Numbered from the stretch's first letter, positions 10,163-18,993 are shown. The stretch is 64,000 nucleotides of DNA from Candidatus Omnitrophota bacterium (GCA_029261065.1 JAJDCB010000030.1:48196-112195); one strand, 5' to 3'. Notes: a model not told the origin generated them from the letters alone. Program-made: numbers and translations.

Positions 10163-10381
10163 ATGAAAATAGGTTTTGATAAATTTAACTTGAACCAGAA
10201 ATTATATTCAGTAATTGGTGCTGTTATAGCTATTTTGACTTATATGGTCGACGCTGATAATTTAAATGTTGCGATAGGAATAGCTTTGCTAACTATTATT
10301 TTAGTGTTGATGCTGAAAAATCAATATATTTCTTATTGTCCTAGACACCCCTACCCTTACCTACCCAGATCCATTGACTAA
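10163..10381 (+). CDS. small hypothetical membrane protein
   Basis: 72 aa with two hydrophobic helices. First gene of the rightward cargo cluster. Confidence 0.25.
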   Translation: MKIGFDKFNLNQKLYSVIGAVIAILTYMVDADNLNVAIGIALLTIILVLMLKNQYISYCPRHPYPYLPRSID

Positions 10382-10429
10382 TTATTAATCATAGAGCATA
10401 CTTGTACTTTAATATTAAAGGGGAGAAGT

Positions 10430-11128
10430 ATGAAGAAAATAGGATTAATGGTCATAGGAATGTTGCTTTTTATAGTTAGCAATGCATGTGCTGTAATATT
10501 TGTGCATACAAGCGATTTTATTGTAAATTCTGATAGAACTAATTTTAATGGTTTTGAAGGCTTATCAACCCCGGGAACTGGTCAAATTTTAGCAAATGGT
10601 GTGTTTATATTAAATGATCCTTCTGAAGCAACTTACGAAGAAGATGGAATTGTAGTGACCCAGATTTTTGATCAATTTGTAGCGGGAAATGAAAGTTTTG
10701 GAATCTGGACTACACATTTTCCATCAGAAGGAACAAGAGATTGGTATCCTAATGGAGGAGATGATGGATATACGCGAATTACTAGATTGGGAGATTTAGA
10801 TTTTTTCAATGTTGGTTTTGATGTATCAAGTGGGACTGGAGGAAATAAATATCTTTTCATCCTATTGAATGATGGATCTATTGTTAGTCAAGGAAATGTC
10901 AATCGTCCAAATGGTCATAGTTATCTGGGCTTTTCTCATGGAGGTTTTGATGAAATATTGGTTAGATCAATAGATTCACCTTTAAGTAATCCAGAATTCT
11001 ATGATATGAGTTTGAACGGATTAAGCATTGATGAAATTGAACTTTCAGGTGTAATACCAGAGCCTACATCAATTATACTATTGGGAATTGGTTTAAGTGG
11101 AGCAGGTTTCTTTAGAAGAAAAAGATGA
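10430..11128 (+). CDS. PEP-CTERM sorting-domain protein (exosortase substrate)
   Basis: N-terminal signal peptide. C-terminal IPEPTSIILLGIGLSGAGFFRRKR is a canonical PEP motif + TM helix + Arg-rich tail. Confidence 0.7.
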   Translation: MKKIGLMVIGMLLFIVSNACAVIFVHTSDFIVNSDRTNFNGFEGLSTPGTGQILANGVFILNDPSEATYEEDGIVVTQIFDQFVAGNESFGIWTTHFPSEGTRDWYPNGGDDGYTRITRLGDLDFFNVGFDVSSGTGGNKYLFILLNDGSIVSQGNVNRPNGHSYLGFSHGGFDEILVRSIDSPLSNPEFYDMSLNGLSIDEIELSGVIPEPTSIILLGIGLSGAGFFRRKR

Positions 11129-11240
11129 AGAGATTGTTACTAATATGTATAACAGAAAAAAGCAGTATCAGAAATCTCTAATTATCGCTATCTTTACTTT
11201 GAAAACGGCATCCTAACCTCTTGGCAAGACTAGGTTAATC

Positions 11241-11429
11241 ATGGACACTATTATTTCTATAATCTGCTTAGTAGCAATTATCACTCTCTTTGTGCTATTG
11301 TTTTCAATCAACGCAACATTGAAAAACATCCTTGAAGAAATGTACAAGCAAAACGGAACAACCCCCCCATCAAATTTTGACTCTCAAGGGTTCTCTTCCC
11401 AACCCCCTGCCAATAAAGATGATTATTAA
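11241..11429 (+). CDS. small hypothetical membrane protein
   Basis: 62 aa. N-terminal TM helix and a Ser/Pro-rich tail. Confidence 0.25.
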   Translation: MDTIISIICLVAIITLFVLLFSINATLKNILEEMYKQNGTTPPSNFDSQGFSSQPPANKDDY

Positions 11430-11624
11430 ATCAACTGTTATCGCTATCTAACCTATTTTGTATTTAGGGCTTACTTGATGTAGGGAATCATCCTAAAGGT
11501 GCCAAAACTAATTATTAAGAGCCCCGGAGGAAAAAATATTTAAATTCATTAGATGAGTTGTTATAATAACTTCGTAAAGAGGTTGGTATTGTTTTTTATT
11601 GTTATTTACAGTGAGGGGGTTATT

Positions 11625-11933
11625 ATGCCGTTTAAAAGTGGTGTTAGTGGGAATCCTAATGGTCGTCCCAAGGGTAGCAGTTATTTTTCCAAGAAAGAGT
11701 TAGAAGAAGCTATAAGAAAGGTTGAGGGTGAGAATAAGGAAAATCTTTATGAGCATTTTGTAAGGCGTGCCTTTTTGAATGACAGGGTGCTGACAGTGTT
11801 AATGAATAAATTAGTGTCTGATGTTAGAAATGTTGAAATTGATAGTGATATCGATTTGATAAATGAAGAGTTAGAGTTTTTTCATGGAGAAAAAAAAGGA
11901 GATATGAAACGATTCGAGAAGTTTTATCAGTGA
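11625..11933 (+). CDS. hypothetical protein with N-terminal GNPNGRPKG motif
   Basis: Strong RBS gaggggg lies 5 nt before the ATG at 11625. The track ORF starts at 11553 but that stretch is hydrophobic and lacks an RBS. The motif SGNPNGRPKGS recurs in small phage/plasmid-associated proteins. Confidence 0.4.
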   Translation: MPFKSGVSGNPNGRPKGSSYFSKKELEEAIRKVEGENKENLYEHFVRRAFLNDRVLTVLMNKLVSDVRNVEIDSDIDLINEELEFFHGEKKGDMKRFEKFYQ

Positions 11934-12080
11934 TTTATTTTTTTAATTATTATACACTCTCTAATGCTAAAATTGTTTTTGACGGGATGAAGGGATCTGG
12001 CACTTTGTTTTCAAGCAAAGTCTTCGCCAAGATATATAAAGTTTCATTTCGTTTAGAGGAATACAAATAAGGAGATAAGT

Positions 12081-12509
12081 ATGAAAAACCTAATACTCGT
12101 ATTCACGTGCCTATTAATCATCGGATGCGCGACAACTAGCATTGGGAAAAAGTCTGCAATGCTTAGGATTGGAATGACAAAAGATGAAGTAATTGAGATT
12201 TTAGGAACTCCAAAGACAACTTCAGTTAAGGAAAAAAGCGATGGTGTTGTTGAAAAATGGTCATATTGGTCAAAAATGTTTTACGGCACTATTATTCTTG
12301 ATGATCCTAACATGGCAGGAGCAGGAAACCGCATAACTGTAACTTTCAAAAACGAACTTGTTTCATCTTGGGGGGATCAGCTAGATTATTCAGACATCAT
12401 GGAAAATTCTACTCAATTAATGGGTGAATATATGAAAAATATGCCTACTATTCAGGTTGAGCAAAAAGTTTATGACGGCGATAGGCAAGATGCTAAAGAG
12501 CAAGAATGA
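12081..12509 (+). CDS. hypothetical lipoprotein
   Basis: Signal peptide with lipobox LIIGC-ATT. 142 aa. Confidence 0.4.
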   Translation: MKNLILVFTCLLIIGCATTSIGKKSAMLRIGMTKDEVIEILGTPKTTSVKEKSDGVVEKWSYWSKMFYGTIILDDPNMAGAGNRITVTFKNELVSSWGDQLDYSDIMENSTQLMGEYMKNMPTIQVEQKVYDGDRQDAKEQE

Positions 12510-12575
12510 ACGTAAAAGGGAGTAAGAGTAAGGGTGGAGTTCCCCCGATAAAATGGACACAAACATGGGTGAATA

Positions 12576-13253
12576 ATGGATGAAAAAACTCCTTGGGGAA
12601 AATTACATGAGGAATGCATAATCCACGATTTTGATAATTTTGTAAAATATTTTGATGATGAGTTAGCTTCAGTTGTATTGTCGTTGGTTATTTGTGCTAA
12701 TGATTTAAAAATTTGTTTAGATTTGATTTTTACTGAAAAAAATGAATTCCCACATAAGGCGAACTATTTTTTTAAATTAGCAATATCACATCTTAGAGAG
12801 CTGGCTACAGTAGTTGGGAAAAAAGGAGAATTGGTTCAAAATTTTCTTCAAAGACATAATGATAAAACACTTTTAGAAAGTTGGAAAATTCTAGAAGATA
12901 ATTTGGCTAATTATGAAGGGCTTGTCAAAGATGTGTTAAAGGAAGTTAGAGATGATGCTTTTCATTATGAGTATTCGAAGGAAACTGTGAGTGCTTTAAA
13001 AAATTTTGATAAATTACAGGTTGCCTATCAAAAAAAGGGGGTTTTCAAAGAAAATCCAATAGGTCAGGTTTATTTGTTTGGGCATAAGGTGTCAGGGACG
13101 ATAATGAATGTTCATTTAGATAAAAAAAGTGTCCAGAAAATGAGTGAGGCTTCAAGTAATCTTTTTACATTTGTGGATAGTCTATTACATATTGCACAAC
13201 AAGAAGATGTATATTTGAGGAGTCTTGTAAAGAAACTAACAAAGAATAATTAA
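12576..13253 (+). CDS. hypothetical cytoplasmic protein
   Basis: 225 aa with no signal peptide and no recognisable domain. Confidence 0.3.
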   Translation: MDEKTPWGKLHEECIIHDFDNFVKYFDDELASVVLSLVICANDLKICLDLIFTEKNEFPHKANYFFKLAISHLRELATVVGKKGELVQNFLQRHNDKTLLESWKILEDNLANYEGLVKDVLKEVRDDAFHYEYSKETVSALKNFDKLQVAYQKKGVFKENPIGQVYLFGHKVSGTIMNVHLDKKSVQKMSEASSNLFTFVDSLLHIAQQEDVYLRSLVKKLTKNN

Positions 13254-13324
13254 TTTATTTGGAAAAGCCTATTTTCAACTATTTAACAAAATCATAACAC
13301 AACTATTTATTAAGAGGGGTATTT

Positions 13325-13834
13325 ATGAGAATAAAGGAAATACACAAGATTGTTTATTTGTTAATTACGGTTGTGATAGTAAGTGGTTGTTCTGCTATTA
13401 GAAATCATAGGAATTTTCAGCAACCATTAGAACAAAGCCTTACAGCATCTGTAGGTTCTGCTCTTGTGAGAATGAATCGGATTGGAGATTTACCAAACGC
13501 CTATGGTGGTAGAGATATTTATGGTGGAAAGGTTGATAAAGGTTATGTAGAGGTGAAATTAGTAGAAATCACCGATACTAAGGGATTAACCTTAAGTGTT
13601 AGTGATGTTGCTGTCCAATCGACTGAATCAACAATGACTAGATATGTAAATCCGAAATTAGTTGATGTAACTCAAAATGTTAACATTAGTTCTTCTGATA
13701 ATAGTAGTACAATTGTTGAAATTGATGGGAATGCTGAAAACGAATATGTTATTGGTGGTGTAAAAATAACATTTTTAGAAATAAGGAAATCATCAATAGT
13801 TTATACCATTGAAGATCTAATGGCGGTTAAATAA
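13325..13834 (+). CDS. hypothetical lipoprotein
   Basis: Signal peptide + lipobox IVSGC-SA. 169 aa. Confidence 0.4.
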   Translation: MRIKEIHKIVYLLITVVIVSGCSAIRNHRNFQQPLEQSLTASVGSALVRMNRIGDLPNAYGGRDIYGGKVDKGYVEVKLVEITDTKGLTLSVSDVAVQSTESTMTRYVNPKLVDVTQNVNISSSDNSSTIVEIDGNAENEYVIGGVKITFLEIRKSSIVYTIEDLMAVK

Positions 13835-14122
13835 AAATATGTTAATATTAACCTATGCAATGGGCGAGGGAAGAAGTTCTAACTTGGCTTAACCACCGAC
13901 CACATTTGTTATAACCCGTTGCAGTGTAATAAATTGCAGCGTGTTATTTTTATAATATAAATCCGACCAAACTAAGATGTCATGTAAGTTTGGTCTTGAC
14001 AAGGTGATTTCTTTAAAATAAACAGTGACAGGCACGGATTAAGGCAAGGCTGCGAGGCGGATCGGAAAAGAATGCCTGGCACTCATTATTTTTAAACGAA
14101 ATTATCTTCTATTTCTGATTTC

Positions 14123-14485
14123 ATGAAATTTAAAAATATTATTACATCTTTCCTTCAATATGGACTTGCTATATATGTTTTTATTATTATGGCATTTATA
14201 ATTTCCTTTAAATTAACAGAAGCGGTTTTGGAACCTTTTTATTGTCAACGATTGTTAGTATATGTTACAGGTATATGGATTGTAATGATGTTTCTTTTGA
14301 TAATCATTCATTATAAAATTATTTACCCTTATTCTCGTAGTAGTCCTATTAAAGGTCTTGTAATCCTTGCTTTGATTTTAAATTTTGTCACTTATATAAT
14401 TTCTTCAGGAGACTTTGGGAGTGAGTGTGGGAAGGCTTGGCTTGAATGCAACCAGGGAAATTGCAAAAAATCGAGTGAATTTTAA
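14123..14485 (+). CDS. hypothetical integral membrane protein
   Basis: 120 aa with 3 predicted TM helices and a Cys-rich C-terminus (CGKAWLECNQGNCKK). Confidence 0.3.
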   Translation: MKFKNIITSFLQYGLAIYVFIIMAFIISFKLTEAVLEPFYCQRLLVYVTGIWIVMMFLLIIIHYKIIYPYSRSSPIKGLVILALILNFVTYIISSGDFGSECGKAWLECNQGNCKKSSEF

Positions 14486-14510
14486 TAAGTTTGTTTAGTG
14501 TTCATTAATG

Positions 14511-14547
14511 AAGCAAACAGGTTCTAACCTGTTTCAGCCAGCCACCC
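14511..14547. repeat. 36-bp direct repeat copy 1 (aagcaaacaggttctaacctgtttcagccagccaccc) containing a 7-bp-stem hairpin
   Basis: Identical except for 1 nt to the copy at 16823-16860. Both lie about 25 bp after a + strand stop codon. Hairpin is aaacagg-ttctaa-cctgttt. Confidence 0.6.
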
Positions 14548-14634
14548 TTATTTTGTCTAACATGTTGGTATGCATGAGGTTAACTATATGCTCCTGACGA
14601 GATAGGTGGAAAGATTTTAAGAAGGAATGCCGAG

Positions 14635-15000
14635 ATGAAAAAGCCTCTAGTATGGATTGTTCTTATTGTTGTGATTGGTGTTTGTGTTTACAAAGCAAAT
14701 GAATTCAATGAAAATTATAAGAAGGGAATGAGTCGAGTAAAGTATGTCCCTCCTCATGAAAATGCGACGATTGATGAAGTGGAAAAGAAAATTGGAGACA
14801 AATTAACTATTACTAAGAAAGAGAATATCATTTTTGGAGTTGCTGAAGAACCAATGGGAATTTATATGGGTTCAGGTCCTCCTGTGTATATATTTGATGA
14901 GAACAATACACTAATTGATTACACATTAGATAGAGGGGATGATTTAAAATTTAGAAGAAGATGGTACATAGATAAAAAAGGTAATTCAACTGAAAATTAA
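14635..15000 (+). CDS. hypothetical secreted protein
   Basis: 121 aa with an N-terminal signal/anchor helix. Confidence 0.35.
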   Translation: MKKPLVWIVLIVVIGVCVYKANEFNENYKKGMSRVKYVPPHENATIDEVEKKIGDKLTITKKENIIFGVAEEPMGIYMGSGPPVYIFDENNTLIDYTLDRGDDLKFRRRWYIDKKGNSTEN

Positions 15001-15082
15001 TTTTGGATTAAAGTATTCAACAAGTTTTCTGACATTAAGCTCGTCAACGAAGCGACCTTTATTCCTAACTAAAGGAAATACA

Positions 15083-15769
15083 ATGAATAAATTATTATTC
15101 CTCTTTGTGTTATTATCCCTTTCTTCAAATGTTTTTGCAGAATCAATAAATTCTTCACCTAAAGAAGTTTCCAGATCTGAAATAATTGAAAAACTATCAG
15201 CAATTAACTCTTTATATTACGAGATGACATCAAGAACTTCATCGGACACGCCGTTACCGGGTGGCGATGCAATTTCTGATGAAAAAGTGTGGTTTAAGGA
15301 AGGCTACTGGCGTACAGATATTCATTCAGAATCCGCTAATGCAAAGAAAAGAATAAATATTTCAACACCGGAAGCAAGTTATTTCTATAATTCATTTTCA
15401 GATGAAACAAAAAAAAGAGACGGGGGAGCAGGACAGGATTTAAAGAATTTCTTATTTCGATTCTTCTTTGCAACGCTAAAAAGAGAGGAGTCTTTTAAAA
15501 TATTAGGAACAGAGGAGATAGATGGTAAGATTACTACGATACTAGAAATTATTCAAAGTCCTAAGAAGATGAATGTGGAAGGTCAAGATATCAGTATAAA
15601 GGAGAAAAGAATTAAAGTTTGGATTTGGAATGAGAAAGGTGTACCACTCAAACAAGAAGAAAAGTGGCAGGATAATGATTTTCCAATAGAGTATACAACA
15701 ATGATTACATATAAAAATTATAGTTTTGATGAAATACCAAGTGAAATATTTGATATATTAAAAGAATAA
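15083..15769 (+). CDS. hypothetical secreted protein (possibly LolA-like fold)
   Basis: 228 aa. Signal peptide MNKLLFLFVLLSLSSNVFA. The domain assignment is speculative. Confidence 0.35.
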   Translation: MNKLLFLFVLLSLSSNVFAESINSSPKEVSRSEIIEKLSAINSLYYEMTSRTSSDTPLPGGDAISDEKVWFKEGYWRTDIHSESANAKKRINISTPEASYFYNSFSDETKKRDGGAGQDLKNFLFRFFFATLKREESFKILGTEEIDGKITTILEIIQSPKKMNVEGQDISIKEKRIKVWIWNEKGVPLKQEEKWQDNDFPIEYTTMITYKNYSFDEIPSEIFDILKE

Positions 15770-15850
15770 TTTAGCGTTCAAATTAATTTTTTATTGCGTC
15801 AATTTCGTGTATTATTTGGATGTTATGAAACTTTTTTGTTTGGAGGCCAG

Positions 15851-16798
15851 ATGACGAATAAATCTAATAATCTAAAAAGCATTCAGACAGTTTTTATTCC
15901 CCTAACTACAAAAATTATTTTAATTTTAATTTTAATTTTTTGTTTTTACTCTTCTTCATTTGGGCAGGATATTTCAAATATGGAGGAGCGAATAAAGAAT
16001 GCTCAGATATTTTATGTTAATGAGCAAGTCAATAAGAAGCCTGAAATATATGAAGGGGATAGGTTGGTTTGTAAACTAAAATCGGCAGAAATATATTACG
16101 CTGGTCAAAAAAGCATTAATTATTTGAGCAATGAGACCAGTCAAAAATCTACTGAAGAGTTGCGCTTTAAGTTAGAAATTTTTGGTCCAGAAAAATATAA
16201 TCTTATCCCCAGAGAACGATTATCAAGCAGTGTTATAAAAGGTGGGAAAATAACAATCGCAGAAGATGAAATAGGTAAGAATCTTGTGAGCAATAAATCT
16301 TCAATATCACATGATTCAAATTATTATACTTTTACTCAACATCCTATAACAATGCATGGAGAAGCAACCATTACTGGGCTTCAATTGCCTTCTAAGGATG
16401 CGAAAATATTAAAATTGTTAGAAGGTTATTTAACTGTCCACAATGCAGAACAGACAAGTGAGAAAGAATTGAATCCTTTAATAGGTAATGTAGGAAAAGG
16501 CATTGCGATTAATGAAGAAGCAGAAATTACATTTAAAGTTTATGATGATAATGTTGAATACATTTTAGAGTGGGAGGAGGGTCAAGATAAGCCGTATCTT
16601 GATATAGAGTATTATTCGAAAGACGGCACAAAATTAAAGCGTAAAGGTGGGGGGAGTTCAGGAGTTAATAGGAAAATTGAATATCAGCAGAAGTTTGTTG
16701 AGGCATTTCCTCCTGATGCTTACGTTATAATAAAATATCCAAAAAAAGTAAATGAAATTCAAATTTCTTTTTCTTTTAAGGATATTCCTTTACCATAG
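15851..16798 (+). CDS. hypothetical secreted/membrane-anchored protein
   Basis: A ggagg RBS precedes the ATG at 15851. Long hydrophobic signal-anchor. Track ORF begins at 15794. Confidence 0.4.
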   Translation: MTNKSNNLKSIQTVFIPLTTKIILILILIFCFYSSSFGQDISNMEERIKNAQIFYVNEQVNKKPEIYEGDRLVCKLKSAEIYYAGQKSINYLSNETSQKSTEELRFKLEIFGPEKYNLIPRERLSSSVIKGGKITIAEDEIGKNLVSNKSSISHDSNYYTFTQHPITMHGEATITGLQLPSKDAKILKLLEGYLTVHNAEQTSEKELNPLIGNVGKGIAINEEAEITFKVYDDNVEYILEWEEGQDKPYLDIEYYSKDGTKLKRKGGGSSGVNRKIEYQQKFVEAFPPDAYVIIKYPKKVNEIQISFSFKDIPLP

Positions 16799-16822
16799 TT
16801 ATTGATAATTATTAGTGAGTGG

Positions 16823-16860
16823 CAAGCAAACAGGTTCTAACCTGCTTCAGCCAGCCACCC
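16823..16860. repeat. 36-bp direct repeat copy 2 (caagcaaacaggttctaacctgcttcagccagccaccc)
   Basis: Matches 14511-14547. Lies about 30 bp outside the left IR of the IS481 element. Confidence 0.6.
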
Positions 16861-16891
16861 CATTCTGTTTCAGGTCCATACCGGACACATG

Positions 16892-18159
16892 GGTAACAGT
16901 TTGTACCGGAGACATAGGTTACACTATCTCCGGTGCAAACGGGTACTCTAACGGTTCGACTTTTTTGGTTTCTAAATCAAAAAATCCTAAGTCATAATTC
17001 ATAAAAGTAACAAGCCACACATCATCGTTGATTTCTTTAACACCAACGACCTGTCCAGCAAGAGCACGGCTTAAATTAATTTTGTTTCTTCTAATACAAA
17101 TTCTACCGCAATTTGTTACCGTAACAGTTCTATCATGAAAAGGGTAGTTAAGTTCTTCAATTCCTTTGTAAATGCGAGTTGAAGTCTTATATAATTCGCT
17201 AGGGTATTTCATATCAATGGCTTGATGAGGTCTATCTGTATTAAACTCTTGAATAAAGTTATCGAATTTTTCTTGTTGTTGCAATAAGTTTATTCCTGGA
17301 GGTTTTGTTGCCTCTTGTTTGAGTGTTAAATGCATACGTTCATGTCTTCCATTTTGCTGCGGATTACCTGGCTTAATTCTTTCAATAGCAATACCAAGAC
17401 GTAGCCACCAAACAGAAAGTTTGCTTAATCCAAACAGTGCATTGGCAGAAGAGAATGGGAGGCCATTATCTGTACGAATAGTTTTTGGTAAGCCATATTT
17501 CTGAAAAGTTTGTTTTAAGGTGCTGAAGGCATGGATTTCTTTGGTGCTTTCCTGTCCTTCACAAGCGAGTAAATAGCGACTACAGAAGTCTGTAATCGTT
17601 AAGGGATAACAATAAGTTTTATTGCCAAGCATAAATTCACCTTTGTAATCAGCGCACCATAAGTCATTAGGATTTTGATGTTTTGAAAAAGGAGTCCCCT
17701 GAGGTTTAAATCGTCTTCTTTTTCTTCGTTTGACTAAACCATTTCGATCAAGAACACAATGAATAGTGTTTTTAGCAGGAGTCTTTACTTCTGGATACTT
17801 TCGTTTTAATTGTTCTTGTATTTTAGGAGCACCCCAGGAAGGTTTGTCTTGTTTTATTCTTAAGATTTCATTTTCGATTTGAATTGGTAATTTATTTGCG
17901 TAACGATGCGGCTTCCTGGCTCGATTTGTAAGGCCGTGAAGACCGATATCCTTGTAGCGATTCCAAAATTTATAACCTGTCTTTCGTGAGATATCAAATT
18001 CACGGCAAAGTTCAGACATTTTGTCACCTTGTATTAATCTTCCTATAAATTTCATTTTTTCATCCATAATAACACTCTCTTTCCATGGCATATGTAGTAC
18101 CTCCTTATATGCCATTATTGTATAAAGTGTTACCTATGTCTCCGGTATATTGTGTTACC
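16892..18159 (-). mobile_element. IS481-family insertion sequence (about 1.27 kb) with imperfect terminal inverted repeats
   Basis: Left end ggtaacagtttgtaccggagacataggttacact matches the reverse complement of the right end aagtgttacctatgtctccggtatattgtgttacc, about 28/34 identical. It encloses a single DDE transposase gene. No clear target-site duplication was identified. Confidence 0.7.
16919..18115 (-). CDS. IS481-family DDE transposase (integrase core, rve)
   Basis: N-terminal HTH then a DDE/rve core (...TDNGLPF...). The transposase sits within the IRs. The likely true start is MDEKMKFIGRL, near 18067. Confidence 0.8.
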   Translation of the reverse strand: MAYKEVLHMPWKESVIMDEKMKFIGRLIQGDKMSELCREFDISRKTGYKFWNRYKDIGLHGLTNRARKPHRYANKLPIQIENEILRIKQDKPSWGAPKIQEQLKRKYPEVKTPAKNTIHCVLDRNGLVKRRKRRRFKPQGTPFSKHQNPNDLWCADYKGEFMLGNKTYCYPLTITDFCSRYLLACEGQESTKEIHAFSTLKQTFQKYGLPKTIRTDNGLPFSSANALFGLSKLSVWWLRLGIAIERIKPGNPQQNGRHERMHLTLKQEATKPPGINLLQQQEKFDNFIQEFNTDRPHQAIDMKYPSELYKTSTRIYKGIEELNYPFHDRTVTVTNCGRICIRRNKINLSRALAGQVVGVKEINDDVWLVTFMNYDLGFFDLETKKVEPLEYPFAPEIV

Positions 18160-18193
18160 TATCTCTCAGGAAGCACACCGAAGGAAAAAACAA

Positions 18194-18272
18194 GGAATTG
18201 TCTCGATGTTTTTGCGAGACAATTCCCAATCTGTTTTAAAGACAGAACTTCTCTTGTTGAGGTTCTGTCTTT
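18194..18272. repeat. two adjacent perfect hairpins outside the right IS481 IR (ggaattgtctcg-N8-cgagacaattcc, then aaagacagaac-N13-gttctgtcttt)
   Basis: A 12-bp and an 11-bp perfect inverted repeat read directly. The second is followed by a T-rich run. They may be terminator or att remnants. Confidence 0.5.
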
Positions 18273-18380
18273 TCCTTTTGTTGACAAAAAAAAGTAGAAA
18301 AAAATGAAATTTTACATATTTCATAGTAAAATATTAGGAAAAGCTGACTTTTTTATCAAATTTAATATTATTATTCCACT

Positions 18381-18938
18381 ATGAATCTTAAAAGACTTTT
18401 AAATGATGCTCTAATAGATGCGGTAATTCAAACGTTTCAGAGTATGACTAATTACATTCCTTTGCCCACCGAAGGTAATATCGAAATCACGAGCGAAGAT
18501 AGTATTATGACCTCGATTAGCCTAGTTGGCATAATCAAAGGTGATCTGGAGCTATATATATCCTTAGCCGAGGCTAAAAAGATTGTTTCGATCATGCTAG
18601 ATAAAGATGTGGATGAAGCTTCCGCATCTGTAACGGATGGAATGTGTGAGGTTGTTAATATCATGGCCGGACTGTTCAAGAAAAATCTTAGCAAGAATAA
18701 GTTTAGTTTTGAAGTCAGTATTCCAAAAGCCATAAAAGGGACAAGGATTAGCAGATGTATTCCTTCTCAAATAACGGTTATTAACCAAAGTTTTATTTAC
18801 GAAGCTATTTCTTTTAGTGCTATGCTCGTCTATTCGATCAATAAAAGTCACATCCAGGAGATGGGGTTTGATGATATCGAAGAAGAAAAGGCCTTTACAG
18901 AATCCTTGAGGATGTTAAAAGATACATTAGAACCTTAG
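18381..18938 (+). CDS. CheX/CheC-like chemotaxis phosphatase-fold protein
   Basis: Collinear similarity to CheX: N-terminal ALIDAVIQTF, central SLVGIIKGDLELYISLAEAKKIVSIM, and the E..N motif VTDGMCEVVNIMAGLF. Confidence 0.55.
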   Translation: MNLKRLLNDALIDAVIQTFQSMTNYIPLPTEGNIEITSEDSIMTSISLVGIIKGDLELYISLAEAKKIVSIMLDKDVDEASASVTDGMCEVVNIMAGLFKKNLSKNKFSFEVSIPKAIKGTRISRCIPSQITVINQSFIYEAISFSAMLVYSINKSHIQEMGFDDIEEEKAFTESLRMLKDTLEP

Positions 18939-18956
18939 TCACCAAGTGTATTTTTT

Positions 18957-18993
18957 TTAAAAACCTTTGTTAATACAACAAAGGTTTTTTTTA
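18957..18993 (+). terminator. rho-independent terminator (aaaaacctttgtt-aataca-acaaaggttttttttt)
   Basis: 11-bp stem followed by a U-tract 20 bp after the stop of the CheX-like gene. Confidence 0.7.

Noticed and set aside
16885-18166. Target-site duplication flanking the IS481 element
   Set aside because: Sequences just outside the IRs (acacatg / tatctct) do not match, so no TSD is called.
4650-18300. Direct repeat of the tRNA-His 3' end (cgtcactcacccca) marking attR
   Set aside because: Not found by eye in the intergenic regions inspected between 9000 and 18300. The right boundary of the island is unresolved, and serine-integrase att sites need not contain a long direct repeat.
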